From Bacteriovoracaceae bacterium (lineage in GTDB: Bacteria > Bdellovibrionota > Bacteriovoracia > Bacteriovoracales > Bacteriovoracaceae): a stretch of 64,000 nt of DNA. The DNA lies in the NCBI GenBank assembly GCA_964231135.1, contig CAXRIU010000021.1, positions 157,427 to 221,426 on the forward strand, written 5' to 3'. The notes beneath the pieces are model-generated. The model saw nothing but the letters and a program-made list of their open reading frames with translations. It did not search any database and was not told the DNA's origin. The translations under genes and the position numbers were made by a program. Shown in pieces: positions 9,527 through 19,334 of this stretch (its first letter is position 1; each line of letters starts with the position of its first letter).

Positions 9527-9684
9527 ATATTTTACCTTTAATATTGATCAGGAATTTCACTTAACCTGATTTCCAACGCTTAAGACCCGCTCACAGAGTC
9601 TTAACGAAGATTAAGGCTAAATAAATTGACGCTTTTTTGGGGCTATAATACATTCTAAAGTATTGAAACTTCTGGAGAAATAAA

Positions 9685-10545
9685 ATGTTCAACATCTTCT
9701 CGAATTCCCCTAAAACTTCCGAGCAAAAAGACATGCCCAAAGGACGCGTGATCGCCTTAATGAATCAAAAAGGTGGAGTGGGTAAAACAACCATGGCCTA
9801 TAATTTGATGCATGCCCTGCATGCGGAAGGCAAGAAGGTGTTAGGAATTGATATGGACCCTCAGTCCAATTTTTCCTTTCTATTTGGTGTGGAGAATGCC
9901 CAAAAAAATATTCATCACTTACTGGTTAATTCAATTCGAGAGTTGAGAGCGCTTCATTCAGATGCTTTGTTAAGCGAAGTGATCATAAAAAACGAAAAGG
10001 GGATCGATCTGATTCCAGCTGGGCAAGAGCTATCAGGTTTCGAATTAACCGTGGCCGGTATCAATGCTCCTAGGCAGTTAATACTGAAGAAATTTATTGA
10101 GAAGAATAACCTCCTTGATTATTACGATTACATTGTGATCGATGGCCCTCCAACACTGGGCCTTTTAGTCGTGAATATCCTTTGTGCATGTAATGGTGTT
10201 CTTTTTCCTTTTATCCCAGACTCGTTTAGCGAGCAGGGACTTAAAAATATTCACGAAGTCATTTTAGATATCGAAGATATGGGAATTGTGGAAACCCCTA
10301 AAATTCTTGGTTATATCCCAAATTTATTTGAGGGAAGACGCAAAAAGAGCCGAGAAGATTACGAGCAAATAAAAAAGCGATTTACTGACGCCCATGTTTT
10401 TGAGCCTTTTAATAATAGGGCCCATCTAGCAAAATCCGTGGCCTCCAGAAAATCAGTTTTTGATTATGATGCTCAAGACTTCAAACAATTACAGACTCAG
10501 TTCTCTCAAATGGCCGAATCTGTAGACAACCAATTAGGGCATTAA
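9685..10545 (+). CDS. ParA/Soj/MinD-family P-loop ATPase (orphan, no parB nearby)
   Basis: Deviant Walker A NQKGGVGKTT, followed by GIDMDPQSN and IVIDGPPTLG (Walker B-like). Confidence 0.85.
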   Translation: MFNIFSNSPKTSEQKDMPKGRVIALMNQKGGVGKTTMAYNLMHALHAEGKKVLGIDMDPQSNFSFLFGVENAQKNIHHLLVNSIRELRALHSDALLSEVIIKNEKGIDLIPAGQELSGFELTVAGINAPRQLILKKFIEKNNLLDYYDYIVIDGPPTLGLLVVNILCACNGVLFPFIPDSFSEQGLKNIHEVILDIEDMGIVETPKILGYIPNLFEGRRKKSREDYEQIKKRFTDAHVFEPFNNRAHLAKSVASRKSVFDYDAQDFKQLQTQFSQMAESVDNQLGH

Positions 10546-10547
10546 TT

Positions 10548-10796
10548 ATGAATGCAAGAAAGAAAAATTCTAATCCCCTTTATGTGGTTAAAGGTGATCA
10601 AGTGGAACCAGCTGAAAATTTCGTCGAATTATTAATTAAGAAATTCAACCTAGAGCCCTTAATTGAACTTATGATGAATATCCTTAAAACGCTGATGGAA
10701 AACGTAGCGAGCTACCCCATGTTCATGTTAGTGAAAGATTTTTTGGATCAGCTTATGGCCAGAATCGAGTTATTTAAAAAATTCTCTATCGCTTAA
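10548..10796 (+). CDS. Small helical hypothetical protein, translationally coupled to the ParA-like gene
   Basis: 82-aa ORF starting 2 nt after the parA-like stop. Basic N-terminus (MNARKKNSN). No recognised motif. Confidence 0.5.
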   Translation: MNARKKNSNPLYVVKGDQVEPAENFVELLIKKFNLEPLIELMMNILKTLMENVASYPMFMLVKDFLDQLMARIELFKKFSIA

Positions 10797-10797
10797 A

Positions 10798-11061
10798 TTA
10801 GCGGGAACGCTTTTTTAAGTTTTCCAGCACGGGAGCAGCAGCTTTAGTGTTGATTTGATCTTCAAAATAAATTTCTTCAAGATCGGCAACAGGCTTATTT
10901 TTACGAGCGCGAGTTTTCTCAGCTAAATTGACAGGAGTAGGTGAGTCCACTGTTTTGGCTTCTTCTTGTAGCATCGTTTCATCTAGGTATTGAATATCGT
11001 CGAGATAACTCGCTTGCGCACTCACAGATAAGAAGAATATGAATACATAGGACTTTTTCAT
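10798..11061 (-). CDS. Small secreted hypothetical protein
   Basis: The internal ATG at 11061 gives MKKSYVFIFFLSVSAQA (signal peptide). The track's longer start (11088) would overlap queA. Confidence 0.5.
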   Translation of the reverse strand: MKKSYVFIFFLSVSAQASYLDDIQYLDETMLQEEAKTVDSPTPVNLAEKTRARKNKPVADLEEIYFEDQINTKAAAPVLENLKKRSR

Positions 11062-11079
11062 GTCTAAATTATATGTTAA

Positions 11080-12129
11080 ATGACTCAAATGGAAAATCCT
11101 GATTTACTTACTTCATCTTACGACTATGAGCTCGATCCCTCACTTATTGCTGCTAGACCTGCTAATCCTCGGGATGAGTCCAAATTATTAGTTTATTATG
11201 CTGAGTCAGATCGTGTTGAACACCGGGTGTTTAGAGAATTACCTGAGATCCTTCAGGCGGGAGATCAAATCGTTTTTAACCAATCAAAGGTATATCCTTG
11301 CCGAATCTTGGGGCAAAAACCAACAGGTGCAAAAGCAGAATTATTTTTACTTTCGCTCACTCCAACAGAGGGCCTATTTCCCGTTATGATTAAGTCTAAT
11401 GGGAAAAAGAATATTGGAGATAAGTTTCTTTGTGATGAACTAATTTTTGAAATCATAAAGCGTGGTGAGGAAGCTGTTTTTTGGGTAAATCTCAGTATGT
11501 GTGGAGTTGAACTTTATGATTACCTTGAGCAAGTAGGAAATATACCGATACCTCCTTATATCAGAGAGGGAAAAGCGGATGATAAGGATAAGGAAGATTA
11601 TCAAACTATCTACGCTAAAAATACAGGCTCGGTAGCGGCGCCAACAGCGGGACTGCATTTTACTGAAAAACTATTCAAGCGTTTAGATGAGCGTGGTATT
11701 TCTCGCACCTTTGTCACCTTACATGTTGGAATGGGAACCTTTCGTCCCGTGCAAGCTGAAAATATCCTCGAGCATAAGATGCATAGTGAGACCTTTGAAG
11801 TTGATGCAGAAAATATTGCAAAGATTAAGCAAGCACAAAATAGAATTGCAGTTGGAACCACTAGCCTTAGAGTGCTTGAATCGATTTATAATGACGGACA
11901 ATTTGATAGGCTTCAAGGGGACACCGATATTTTTCTCTATCCAGGGGTAGAGGTTAAGTCTATAGGTGGGCTTATCACAAATTTTCACTTACCGAAGTCG
12001 ACTCTACTTATGCTCGTGAGTAGTTTGATTGGAAGAGAAAAAACATTAGAGCTTTATAATATAGCAGTAGAAAAACGTTACCGTTTTTATTCATATGGTG
12101 ATGCCATGTTAATTTTAAGGAACCGATGA
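11080..12129 (+). CDS. queA: S-adenosylmethionine:tRNA ribosyltransferase-isomerase
   Basis: YDYELDPSLIAARPANPRDESKLLV near the N-terminus and GLHFT, 349 aa, directly upstream of tgt as in many bacteria. Confidence 0.9.
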   Translation: MTQMENPDLLTSSYDYELDPSLIAARPANPRDESKLLVYYAESDRVEHRVFRELPEILQAGDQIVFNQSKVYPCRILGQKPTGAKAELFLLSLTPTEGLFPVMIKSNGKKNIGDKFLCDELIFEIIKRGEEAVFWVNLSMCGVELYDYLEQVGNIPIPPYIREGKADDKDKEDYQTIYAKNTGSVAAPTAGLHFTEKLFKRLDERGISRTFVTLHVGMGTFRPVQAENILEHKMHSETFEVDAENIAKIKQAQNRIAVGTTSLRVLESIYNDGQFDRLQGDTDIFLYPGVEVKSIGGLITNFHLPKSTLLMLVSSLIGREKTLELYNIAVEKRYRFYSYGDAMLILRNR

Positions 12130-13235
12130 AAAGTTTTACATTACAAAAAAAATCAGGACAGGCGAGAGCGGGATTAATCGAGACTGCCCATGGAAATATT
12201 GAGACTCCAATATTTATGCCTGTTGGAACCAGGGCCTCAGTAAAATCTTTGTGGCAAGAAGAACTTGAAGAATTGGGAGCTCAAATTATTTTAGGTAACA
12301 CTTATCACCTTTATTTGCGACCTGGTCATGAGCTTATAGATAAAATGGGTGGACTGCACGAATTTATGCAATGGAAAAAACCTATCTTAACTGACTCAGG
12401 AGGATTTCAGGTTTTCTCACTAAGTGACTTGAATAAAGTAACGGAAGAAGGAGTTGTATTTCAATCTCATATTGATGGTTCTCGTCATATGTTATCCCCT
12501 GAAAAATCAATGGAGATTCAAAAAGCACTCGGAAGCGATATCGTGATGATTTTTGATGAGTGTCCTAAGCTTCCAGCTACCAAAGAGACTCTAAGAGAGT
12601 CTATGGAGTTGACCCTACGTTGGGCCAAAAGATGCAAAGACTATAAGCTGCAAGATCATCAGTCTTTATTCGCTATCATTCAAGGGGGACTACATTTAGA
12701 CCTCAGACAAGAATGCATGGATAGGCTAATTGAAATGGACTTTCCGGGCTATGCCTTAGGAGGTCTTTCAGTTGGTGAGAAAAATGAAGAAATGGTGTCG
12801 TTTTTAAATGAATTTGCTCCTCGCATGCCTGAGGAAAAGCCGCGTTATCTAATGGGAGTCGGAAAACCTTTGGACGTTCTAAATGGAATTAAGGCCGGTA
12901 TTGATATGTTCGATTGCGTTCTTCCTACGAGAAATGCGAGAAATGGTCAGTTCCTCACTAAGCACGGTCCACTAAATATTAAAAAAGCACGATACTTAGA
13001 AGATACCCTTCCTCCAGATCCTGAATGTGATTGTAAAGTCTGTTCGAAATATTCGCGAAGTTATATCAGGCACCTATTTAATGTTGGTGAGTATCTTGCT
13101 GGCCAGATGATTAGTTATCATAATCTTTATTTTTATATAAAGATGGTTCAAGATGCACGAGCTGCTATCTTAGAGGATAAGTTTGACGAATTTTATAAAG
13201 AATTTTATAAATCATACACTGAAAATCGATGGTAG
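12126..13235 (+). CDS. tgt: Queuine tRNA-ribosyltransferase
   Basis: TPIFMPVGT, LGNTYHL, TDSGGFQV, and the zinc site CDCKVC...H. Confidence 0.95.
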   Translation: MKSFTLQKKSGQARAGLIETAHGNIETPIFMPVGTRASVKSLWQEELEELGAQIILGNTYHLYLRPGHELIDKMGGLHEFMQWKKPILTDSGGFQVFSLSDLNKVTEEGVVFQSHIDGSRHMLSPEKSMEIQKALGSDIVMIFDECPKLPATKETLRESMELTLRWAKRCKDYKLQDHQSLFAIIQGGLHLDLRQECMDRLIEMDFPGYALGGLSVGEKNEEMVSFLNEFAPRMPEEKPRYLMGVGKPLDVLNGIKAGIDMFDCVLPTRNARNGQFLTKHGPLNIKKARYLEDTLPPDPECDCKVCSKYSRSYIRHLFNVGEYLAGQMISYHNLYFYIKMVQDARAAILEDKFDEFYKEFYKSYTENRW

Positions 13236-13251
13236 AAACTAAGGAGAGTCC

Positions 13252-13584
13252 ATGTACCTAATAGCGACAGCGTTTGCTCAAGACGCAGCTCAAGCAGCCC
13301 CTCAAAACACAATCATGAATTTTGTTCCTATGATCCTTGTGATCATCATTATGTATATCTTTGTGTTTGTTCCGCAGAAGAAGAGAACACAAGAACATCA
13401 AACTTTTCTAAAAACATTAGAAAAAGGACATGAAGTTTACACAAATTCTGGTATCCTAGGTAAGGTAACAGGAATGACGGAGAAGATCGTCACTTTAGAA
13501 CTAGAAGGTGGATCTAAAATTAAAGTTCTTCGTTCAAGTGTAGCAGGGCTTGCCAATAATTTATTTGAGGCCCAAAAGAAGTAA
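13252..13584 (+). CDS. yajC: Preprotein translocase subunit YajC
   Basis: 110 aa with a single TM, then QKKRTQEHQTFLKTLEKGHEVYTNSGILGKV. Conserved tgt-yajC-secDF synteny. Confidence 0.85.
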   Translation: MYLIATAFAQDAAQAAPQNTIMNFVPMILVIIIMYIFVFVPQKKRTQEHQTFLKTLEKGHEVYTNSGILGKVTGMTEKIVTLELEGGSKIKVLRSSVAGLANNLFEAQKK

Positions 13585-13585
13585 T

Positions 13586-13966
13586 ATGTTTGGATTAGGC
13601 GCCGGTGAAATCGCCATTATTTTATTCATTGCGTTGGTCTTTATTGGTCCGGAAAAACTTCCGGGACTAGCAAAGACCCTAGCTAAAAGCGTGGGTGAAT
13701 TTCAAAGAGCGATGAGAGGCGTCACTCAATCCATTCGTGATCCAATGGATCAGATAAAAGAACAAATTCAAACTCAGGCAAATGCTCAACCAAGAGGGGA
13801 CTTCAACGATGACCCAGAGCATGACCATAATTTTCCAGATGACGAAACCGGACATGGTGAAGTGGAAGACCCTTGGGGACCAAAAGAGGATGCCGATGCA
13901 ATGGAAGAAAAGATTGCAAAGGACACTGGTTTACAAGAGAATAAAAAGCCTGAACAAAAATCTTAA
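13586..13966 (+). CDS. Twin-arginine translocase subunit, TatA/TatB/TatE family
   Basis: The start at ATG 13586 gives MFGLGAGEIAIILFIALVFIGPEKLPGLAKTLAKSVGEFQRA, followed by an acidic tail. The track's start at 13550 overlaps yajC and is unlikely. Confidence 0.8.
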   Translation: MFGLGAGEIAIILFIALVFIGPEKLPGLAKTLAKSVGEFQRAMRGVTQSIRDPMDQIKEQIQTQANAQPRGDFNDDPEHDHNFPDDETGHGEVEDPWGPKEDADAMEEKIAKDTGLQENKKPEQKS

Positions 13967-14034
13967 TTTATTTTGCTCAACTGTTTAAAATTGTTTAGAA
14001 TTTTCTGACCCTATAAACTTCAGTAAAAAGGTAT

Positions 14035-15768
14035 ATGTCAATGAATCGTAGTTGGTGGTTTCGCTTTAGTTTCTTTCTCGCGCTGTTTTTAATCGCAGTC
14101 ATGTCATTAGTTCCTACCGTGATGAACTTTGATACAAAAACAAGCTCATTTCCGGTTAAATCAAAAATCAACCTTGGTCTAGACCTTCAAGGTGGTCTGT
14201 ACATGGTTTTAGGTATTGATTTCAACAAGGTTTATGCTGACGAGGTAAAGAATTATATCAGTAAAATTCAATACACTCTTAAGGATGAAGGGATTAAGTC
14301 TGAAGTCGGTGTTCTGACAAAAGATGATATCACTGATCCGATGCATACAATTATCATTTCAGATCCTCTACAGTTGCAAGCAGCTAAAGATAAGATTAAA
14401 GAATTCTATAATTACCCAGTAAGACTAACTGGGGAGAATAATAATGAACTTCGTTTTGGAATTGGTCGTCAATATAGAGACGAAATCGAGCAAAACTCGG
14501 TAAAGAAATCTATTGAAGTTATTAGAAACCGTATCGATGAGTTTGGTGTTACTGAGCCTGAGATCGTATCTTTGGGTGCTGATAGAATTGTTGTTCAGCT
14601 TCCTGGTGTTGATGATATCGAAAGAGCGAAAGACTTGATCGGTAAAACAGCTAAGTTGGAATTTAAATTGGTTCACCCAACTCTTGCTAGTTATCCTGAC
14701 GGACAAATGCCGGCAGAGTTAAATAAATTAATGGCGGATGCCAAAGCAGCCGGAATTGTTTTCAATAAAGGAGAGCGATTCTCTGAGTTCGTAACCAAGA
14801 TGAACGAATTCTATAAGGAAAAGCCAAAAGGGTATGAACTTGCTTTTGACAAGCAAATCAATCCAGCAAATAACGAAATCGTGGCACTTCTTCCTTATTT
14901 AGTAGAACAGGGAACAGATATTACAGGTGAAGATCTTCAAGATGCATCTGTTAGGATCAACCAAGAAGACAACCAGCCATATGTTGGATTAACTTTTAAA
15001 TCAAAAGGTGCAGATAAGTTTGAAAGGGTTACCGGTGAAAACGTTGGTCGAAGACTTGCAATTATCCTAGATGGTAATATCTACTCCGCACCAAATATCC
15101 AATCAAGAATCGGTGGTGGAAATGCACAGATTACTCTTGGTGCAGGTGACTATAACACTCTTTTAAAAGAGGCGAGGGACTTGAGTTTAGTTTTAAGAGC
15201 AGGTGCTCTTCCGGTTGAACTAGAGTTTCAAGAGCAAAGAATCGTTGGTCCAAGTTTAGGACATGACTCAATTGAGAGATCGAAGAAAGCGGGAATTATA
15301 GGTGGGCTATTAGTTCTTCTTTTCATCGTTGTTTACTATAAGGCTTCAGGTGTAATTGCGATCAAGACATTAATCGCAAACATTATTTTCATCTTAGCTT
15401 GTTTAGTTGGTCTTGAAGCAACTTTAACTCTTCCTGGAATTGCTGGTATTGCCTTAACTGTTGGTATGGCCGTTGATGCAAATATTATTATCTATGAAAG
15501 AATTAAAGAGGAACTGGCCATTGGAACCCCGGTTAGGGAATCGGTAGAAACAGGTTTTGCGAGAGCTTTCTGGACTATCCTTGATGCTAACTTAACCACT
15601 GCAGTGGCAGGCTTTATGCTATTAAATTTTGGAACAGGTCCAATCAGAGGATTTGCTGTAACATTGATTATTGGTATCGTTTGTACTGTGTACTCGGCTT
15701 ATTTTGTTGGAAAGATGATGTTCCAGTTTTATATGGATAAGACTCGCGGACAAAGTATTAGTATTTAA
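14035..15768 (+). CDS. secD: Protein translocase subunit SecD
   Basis: 577 aa with LGLDLQGG, a large periplasmic domain, and a C-terminal 5-TM block with LTLPGIAGIALTVGMAVDANI. Confidence 0.95.
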   Translation: MSMNRSWWFRFSFFLALFLIAVMSLVPTVMNFDTKTSSFPVKSKINLGLDLQGGLYMVLGIDFNKVYADEVKNYISKIQYTLKDEGIKSEVGVLTKDDITDPMHTIIISDPLQLQAAKDKIKEFYNYPVRLTGENNNELRFGIGRQYRDEIEQNSVKKSIEVIRNRIDEFGVTEPEIVSLGADRIVVQLPGVDDIERAKDLIGKTAKLEFKLVHPTLASYPDGQMPAELNKLMADAKAAGIVFNKGERFSEFVTKMNEFYKEKPKGYELAFDKQINPANNEIVALLPYLVEQGTDITGEDLQDASVRINQEDNQPYVGLTFKSKGADKFERVTGENVGRRLAIILDGNIYSAPNIQSRIGGGNAQITLGAGDYNTLLKEARDLSLVLRAGALPVELEFQEQRIVGPSLGHDSIERSKKAGIIGGLLVLLFIVVYYKASGVIAIKTLIANIIFILACLVGLEATLTLPGIAGIALTVGMAVDANIIIYERIKEELAIGTPVRESVETGFARAFWTILDANLTTAVAGFMLLNFGTGPIRGFAVTLIIGIVCTVYSAYFVGKMMFQFYMDKTRGQSISI

Positions 15769-15791
15769 TTTAGCTTTTAAGGTTTTATAAA

Positions 15792-16688
15792 ATGAAAAAA
15801 TATAATGTTGATTTTACAGGTAAGTTTATTTTTGCAGTCCCACTATCTTTAGGACTAGTTGCGATCTCTTTATTTTTATTCTTCTCAAAAGGATTAAATT
15901 ATGGGGTTGATTTTAGAGGTGGAGCAGAAGTTCAAGTACACTTCAAAGAAACGGTTAATCTAGAGGATCTAAGAGGAGCTTTAGAAAAGGCAGGTTTTAG
16001 TTCTTCATCAGTTCAGTCAATTGGTGGAGAAGTACAGAAAAACTCATTTTTAATTAAAGTGAATGCAGAAGAAAAAGATCTTAATGCTGTTACAGATAAA
16101 ATTACAGAGCTACTTACCTCTCAATTTGCTCAAGCGGGCGCGGAAATAGATAAAACGGATATTGTTGGACCTAAAGCAGGTGAGCAGTTAAGAATTTCAG
16201 GCTTTCAAGCCATGGCCTGGGCACTTTTAATGATTATGATCTATATCGCATTGAGATTTGATTATAAATATTCTCCGGGTGCAATTGTAGCGCTTATACA
16301 TGATGTTTTAATCATTGTTGGTGTATTTGCTCTTATGGATAAGGAATTCTCTCTACAAATTGTTGGTGCACTTCTAGCGGTTATTGGTTATTCAGTTAAC
16401 GATACCGTTGTTGTCTACGATAGAGTTCGCGAGCATGAGGAAAAATCTCCTGGTAAGACGTTAAAGGAAAAGATTAATACCGCTTTAAATGAAACTTTAA
16501 GCCGTACATTTTTGACTTCTTTTACAACTTTTCTAGTAGCAGCAGTTATGTACGCTATGGGTGGAGCAGGGATTGAAGACTTCTTCTTTGCAATTTGCCT
16601 AGGTGTAATCATCGGGACTTACTCATCATTATTTGTTGCAGCTCCGACAATTCTTTTCTTTGATAAAATAATCGGAAAAAAGGCTTAA
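15792..16688 (+). CDS. secF: Protein translocase subunit SecF
   Basis: GVDFRGG, IGYSVNDTVVVYDRVRE, directly after secD. Confidence 0.95.
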   Translation: MKKYNVDFTGKFIFAVPLSLGLVAISLFLFFSKGLNYGVDFRGGAEVQVHFKETVNLEDLRGALEKAGFSSSSVQSIGGEVQKNSFLIKVNAEEKDLNAVTDKITELLTSQFAQAGAEIDKTDIVGPKAGEQLRISGFQAMAWALLMIMIYIALRFDYKYSPGAIVALIHDVLIIVGVFALMDKEFSLQIVGALLAVIGYSVNDTVVVYDRVREHEEKSPGKTLKEKINTALNETLSRTFLTSFTTFLVAAVMYAMGGAGIEDFFFAICLGVIIGTYSSLFVAAPTILFFDKIIGKKA

Positions 16689-16693
16689 TAGAA

Positions 16694-17635
16694 ATGAAAT
16701 TAGCTCTCACTTTAGTCACCATCTTTTTTTGGTATGGAGTGAGGGCACAATCTTCAGATGTTAAAGTCAATCGAGCTCTTAATAATAGCATGATCCAAAT
16801 GCAAGAACTCGCCAAGACCCATTCGGGTGATGAATTAAAAAGTAAAATTAATAGTATTCCTTTACTTTCAGGAGCGGAATTGACATCACTTACCTCTGAA
16901 CAGCAATTAGAGCTAAGAGATCTTAGAATCGAGCAAAAATCTAGTTTTATCGCAAAATATGCTCGAGAGAAGGTTGAAGTAAAAGAAGTCACAACTCGTA
17001 GAAAAAATCCCGCTTTCAATATTAAAGATCGAGACGATATTTTTTATGTGAAAGATGAAAACGGTGAGTATGTAGAAACAAGTGGTGATAGCTTGTTTGC
17101 AGAGTCAAAAGCACCGGCCAACGCTCCGGTTGATGTAAAAGAAAATCTTTCAAAGTTTTATCAGGAAAAAGGGATAGATGATAATTTTCTTTCCAAAATG
17201 ATGGATAAAAAAATGAAAGAAAAGCTCGCTGAGATGATGAAGCAAAATCCACTTTCTATGATGTCCAAAGGCGAGCTAGAAGATAAGATCATGGAGAATT
17301 CTAAGAACACTGCTCTTGGTAGGGTTTTAGAAAAGAATCCAAAACTGAAGGTTACTCTCGTAGAGTTTGCGCATGATAAAGATGCATTACCGGGCTTAGT
17401 TTCGATTATTAATAAGCCTAAGAAAATGCGCTATTATGGATTTTGCCTTATCGCAATTCTCGTAGGTGCTTTCATTTTTAATTTGATGAACACGAAGGGG
17501 AGTTTAATAAAGAGGATCGGGTTAAAGCTCGCTCTTGGTGCCACGACGTTTACTCTCAATATCTCAGCTTTCTATTTCTTCTTTCACGAAGAGCTTGCGC
17601 CGACGGTGGCCGTCCTTAAAAGAGTTTTACTCTAA
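16694..17635 (+). CDS. Hypothetical membrane protein (signal peptide, charged middle region, C-terminal TM helices)
   Basis: 313-aa ORF. N-terminal MKLALTLVTIFFWYGVRAQ and C-terminal hydrophobic segments. Confidence 0.6.
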   Translation: MKLALTLVTIFFWYGVRAQSSDVKVNRALNNSMIQMQELAKTHSGDELKSKINSIPLLSGAELTSLTSEQQLELRDLRIEQKSSFIAKYAREKVEVKEVTTRRKNPAFNIKDRDDIFYVKDENGEYVETSGDSLFAESKAPANAPVDVKENLSKFYQEKGIDDNFLSKMMDKKMKEKLAEMMKQNPLSMMSKGELEDKIMENSKNTALGRVLEKNPKLKVTLVEFAHDKDALPGLVSIINKPKKMRYYGFCLIAILVGAFIFNLMNTKGSLIKRIGLKLALGATTFTLNISAFYFFFHEELAPTVAVLKRVLL

Positions 17636-17646
17636 ATTTCCTTAGT

Positions 17647-19182
17647 TTATTCAGAGAGGACTGGGATGCAACCAATTCTATTATCATGCGGTGGAATTTG
17701 AGTTCTGACTCCATCTGATCCTTGGGAACCAGAGCTTACCGAAGTATCATTACAAGAAATATCGCTTACATTTTTAACTGTATAAGTTCTCTGATAGGAC
17801 TTTTTTATAAATGGTGAGTTCGGGTCAGCAGGCCAGTAGAATTGAATCTGCTTACCTTGAACTGTATCATTAGTCGGCTCAATATGCTGCCCACCTTCAA
17901 TATAAAACCAAATATCTTTTAAGGTTGATTCTTTTATGAGAAGGAAGTCACAGACATTTTGTTGTTTTGCTACATAGAGAGCTTCAGTGTCTACACCTAC
18001 AATTTCTCGCATCGCTTTGAATAGAACAGAGTCGCTATAGTAATGAGATCTAGTAGGGCAGTAAGCCTTGTAGGTTTCACTATCAATAAATGGACTCATA
18101 TAATAACCAAGTTCAGCGGAAGTTGTACTAATAGATACGGAAGCTTCTTCGCCTGGATTTTGGTCTCCATCATTAAAACCATTTAACCAGCTTAGTGGGA
18201 AGAATAGTTCTGGAGTCGAAGATAGTGATTGCCCTTGTAACTCAACATTTTGTTCTATGAGTTCATGAACTCTGAGAACTCCGGTGCTTGAGAGATCAAA
18301 GAATCTCGGATCATTTGAATTCCAAACCGCGAATGAGTTATTAGTCTCCTCTAGAAATGGACTATTGATCGGAGTATTTCCATAGGTCTCAATATCGTAA
18401 CAATTAACAGTTGGAACTGTGGCTTCACTTAGTGGTTCAGGTCTAGTGCTTGGGATAAAGTAAAAGTGGAAACGACTTGTGTCGTTAACTATTAATTCAC
18501 CCGTTGAAGAATCGAATTCCCCGTCTCTAAATAGACAGCTATAAGAATTAACCGGCATAATCGCAAGTGGACCACCAATAGTGTCATCTATTAAGCTAGA
18601 GTAAAGTCTTAGTTGAATTGTGGTGGAGCGAGCGCTAGTTGCAGACTCTACCAATGTTATTCTGTAAGTTTCATCTTCACTTAAAATCTCTCCACTCAGA
18701 TCGAGTTGGAAAGAAGTTGCTCCAGCGGCAGGATCAAAAGCGACTTGCTCGACACTACCACTCTCACTTTTTATTTCGTAATAACAACTATTAACGACAT
18801 CTGTTTCACCTTCAAGAGTTGAACACCATCCTGCTATATCTTGATAAACATCTAAGGTTATGGCTTCCGTTAGCTCCACATCAAAGAAGAAGGTTTTATT
18901 GGCATTGGTTGAAGCCTGTTTGGCCGCACAAATATCAGCGCAATCACCAATACTAATTGGTTTTCCATTTTGGCAGGCACATGCGTCTGGTTGAATGATT
19001 ATGGCCCCAGATGGTCTTTGGGTGATGAGGTCTACCTCTTCCTCTGTCTCGGTGTCTGTATCTGTTACAGCTGTTGAATCACTTAGCTCAAGAGTAGGTC
19101 GTCCACGTGGGATATTATCAGTACAGCTCACGGCTGCAATTAAAAGAATTAAAATGTTTAGGCTTCGCGTTAAATTTTTCAT
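17647..19182 (-). CDS. Hypothetical lipoprotein
   Basis: The internal ATG at 19182 gives MKNLTRSLNILILLIAAVSC (lipobox AVSC). An acidic T/E-rich linker is followed by a Cys-containing globular domain. Confidence 0.7.
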   Translation of the reverse strand: MKNLTRSLNILILLIAAVSCTDNIPRGRPTLELSDSTAVTDTDTETEEEVDLITQRPSGAIIIQPDACACQNGKPISIGDCADICAAKQASTNANKTFFFDVELTEAITLDVYQDIAGWCSTLEGETDVVNSCYYEIKSESGSVEQVAFDPAAGATSFQLDLSGEILSEDETYRITLVESATSARSTTIQLRLYSSLIDDTIGGPLAIMPVNSYSCLFRDGEFDSSTGELIVNDTSRFHFYFIPSTRPEPLSEATVPTVNCYDIETYGNTPINSPFLEETNNSFAVWNSNDPRFFDLSSTGVLRVHELIEQNVELQGQSLSSTPELFFPLSWLNGFNDGDQNPGEEASVSISTTSAELGYYMSPFIDSETYKAYCPTRSHYYSDSVLFKAMREIVGVDTEALYVAKQQNVCDFLLIKESTLKDIWFYIEGGQHIEPTNDTVQGKQIQFYWPADPNSPFIKKSYQRTYTVKNVSDISCNDTSVSSGSQGSDGVRTQIPPHDNRIGCIPVLSE

Positions 19183-19198
19183 ATATAGCTCTATTTGC

Positions 19199-19226
19199 CT
19201 ATCGACCATCATATGTCCCGACTTTA
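19199..19226 (-). promoter_or_regulatory. sigma-28-like promoter for the 17647..19182 lipoprotein gene
   Basis: Minus strand reads TAAAGTCG-N12-GTCGATAG. Confidence 0.45.
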
Positions 19227-19334
19227 CTATTTTAGATCGTTTTAGTTGTTTATGAAGGAAAATACGTGATATTAATGACTTAAGCCTTATTTCAGTCTGA
19301 TAAATAAATTTTTACGCCAAATATATTCGGCGGC

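Noticed and set aside
9626-9649. TTGACG ... TATAAT upstream of the parA-like gene, as a sigma-70 promoter.
   Set aside because: Both hexamers are near-perfect, but the spacer is only 12 bp by my count, too short for a functional sigma-70 promoter. The TATAAT may work with another -35.
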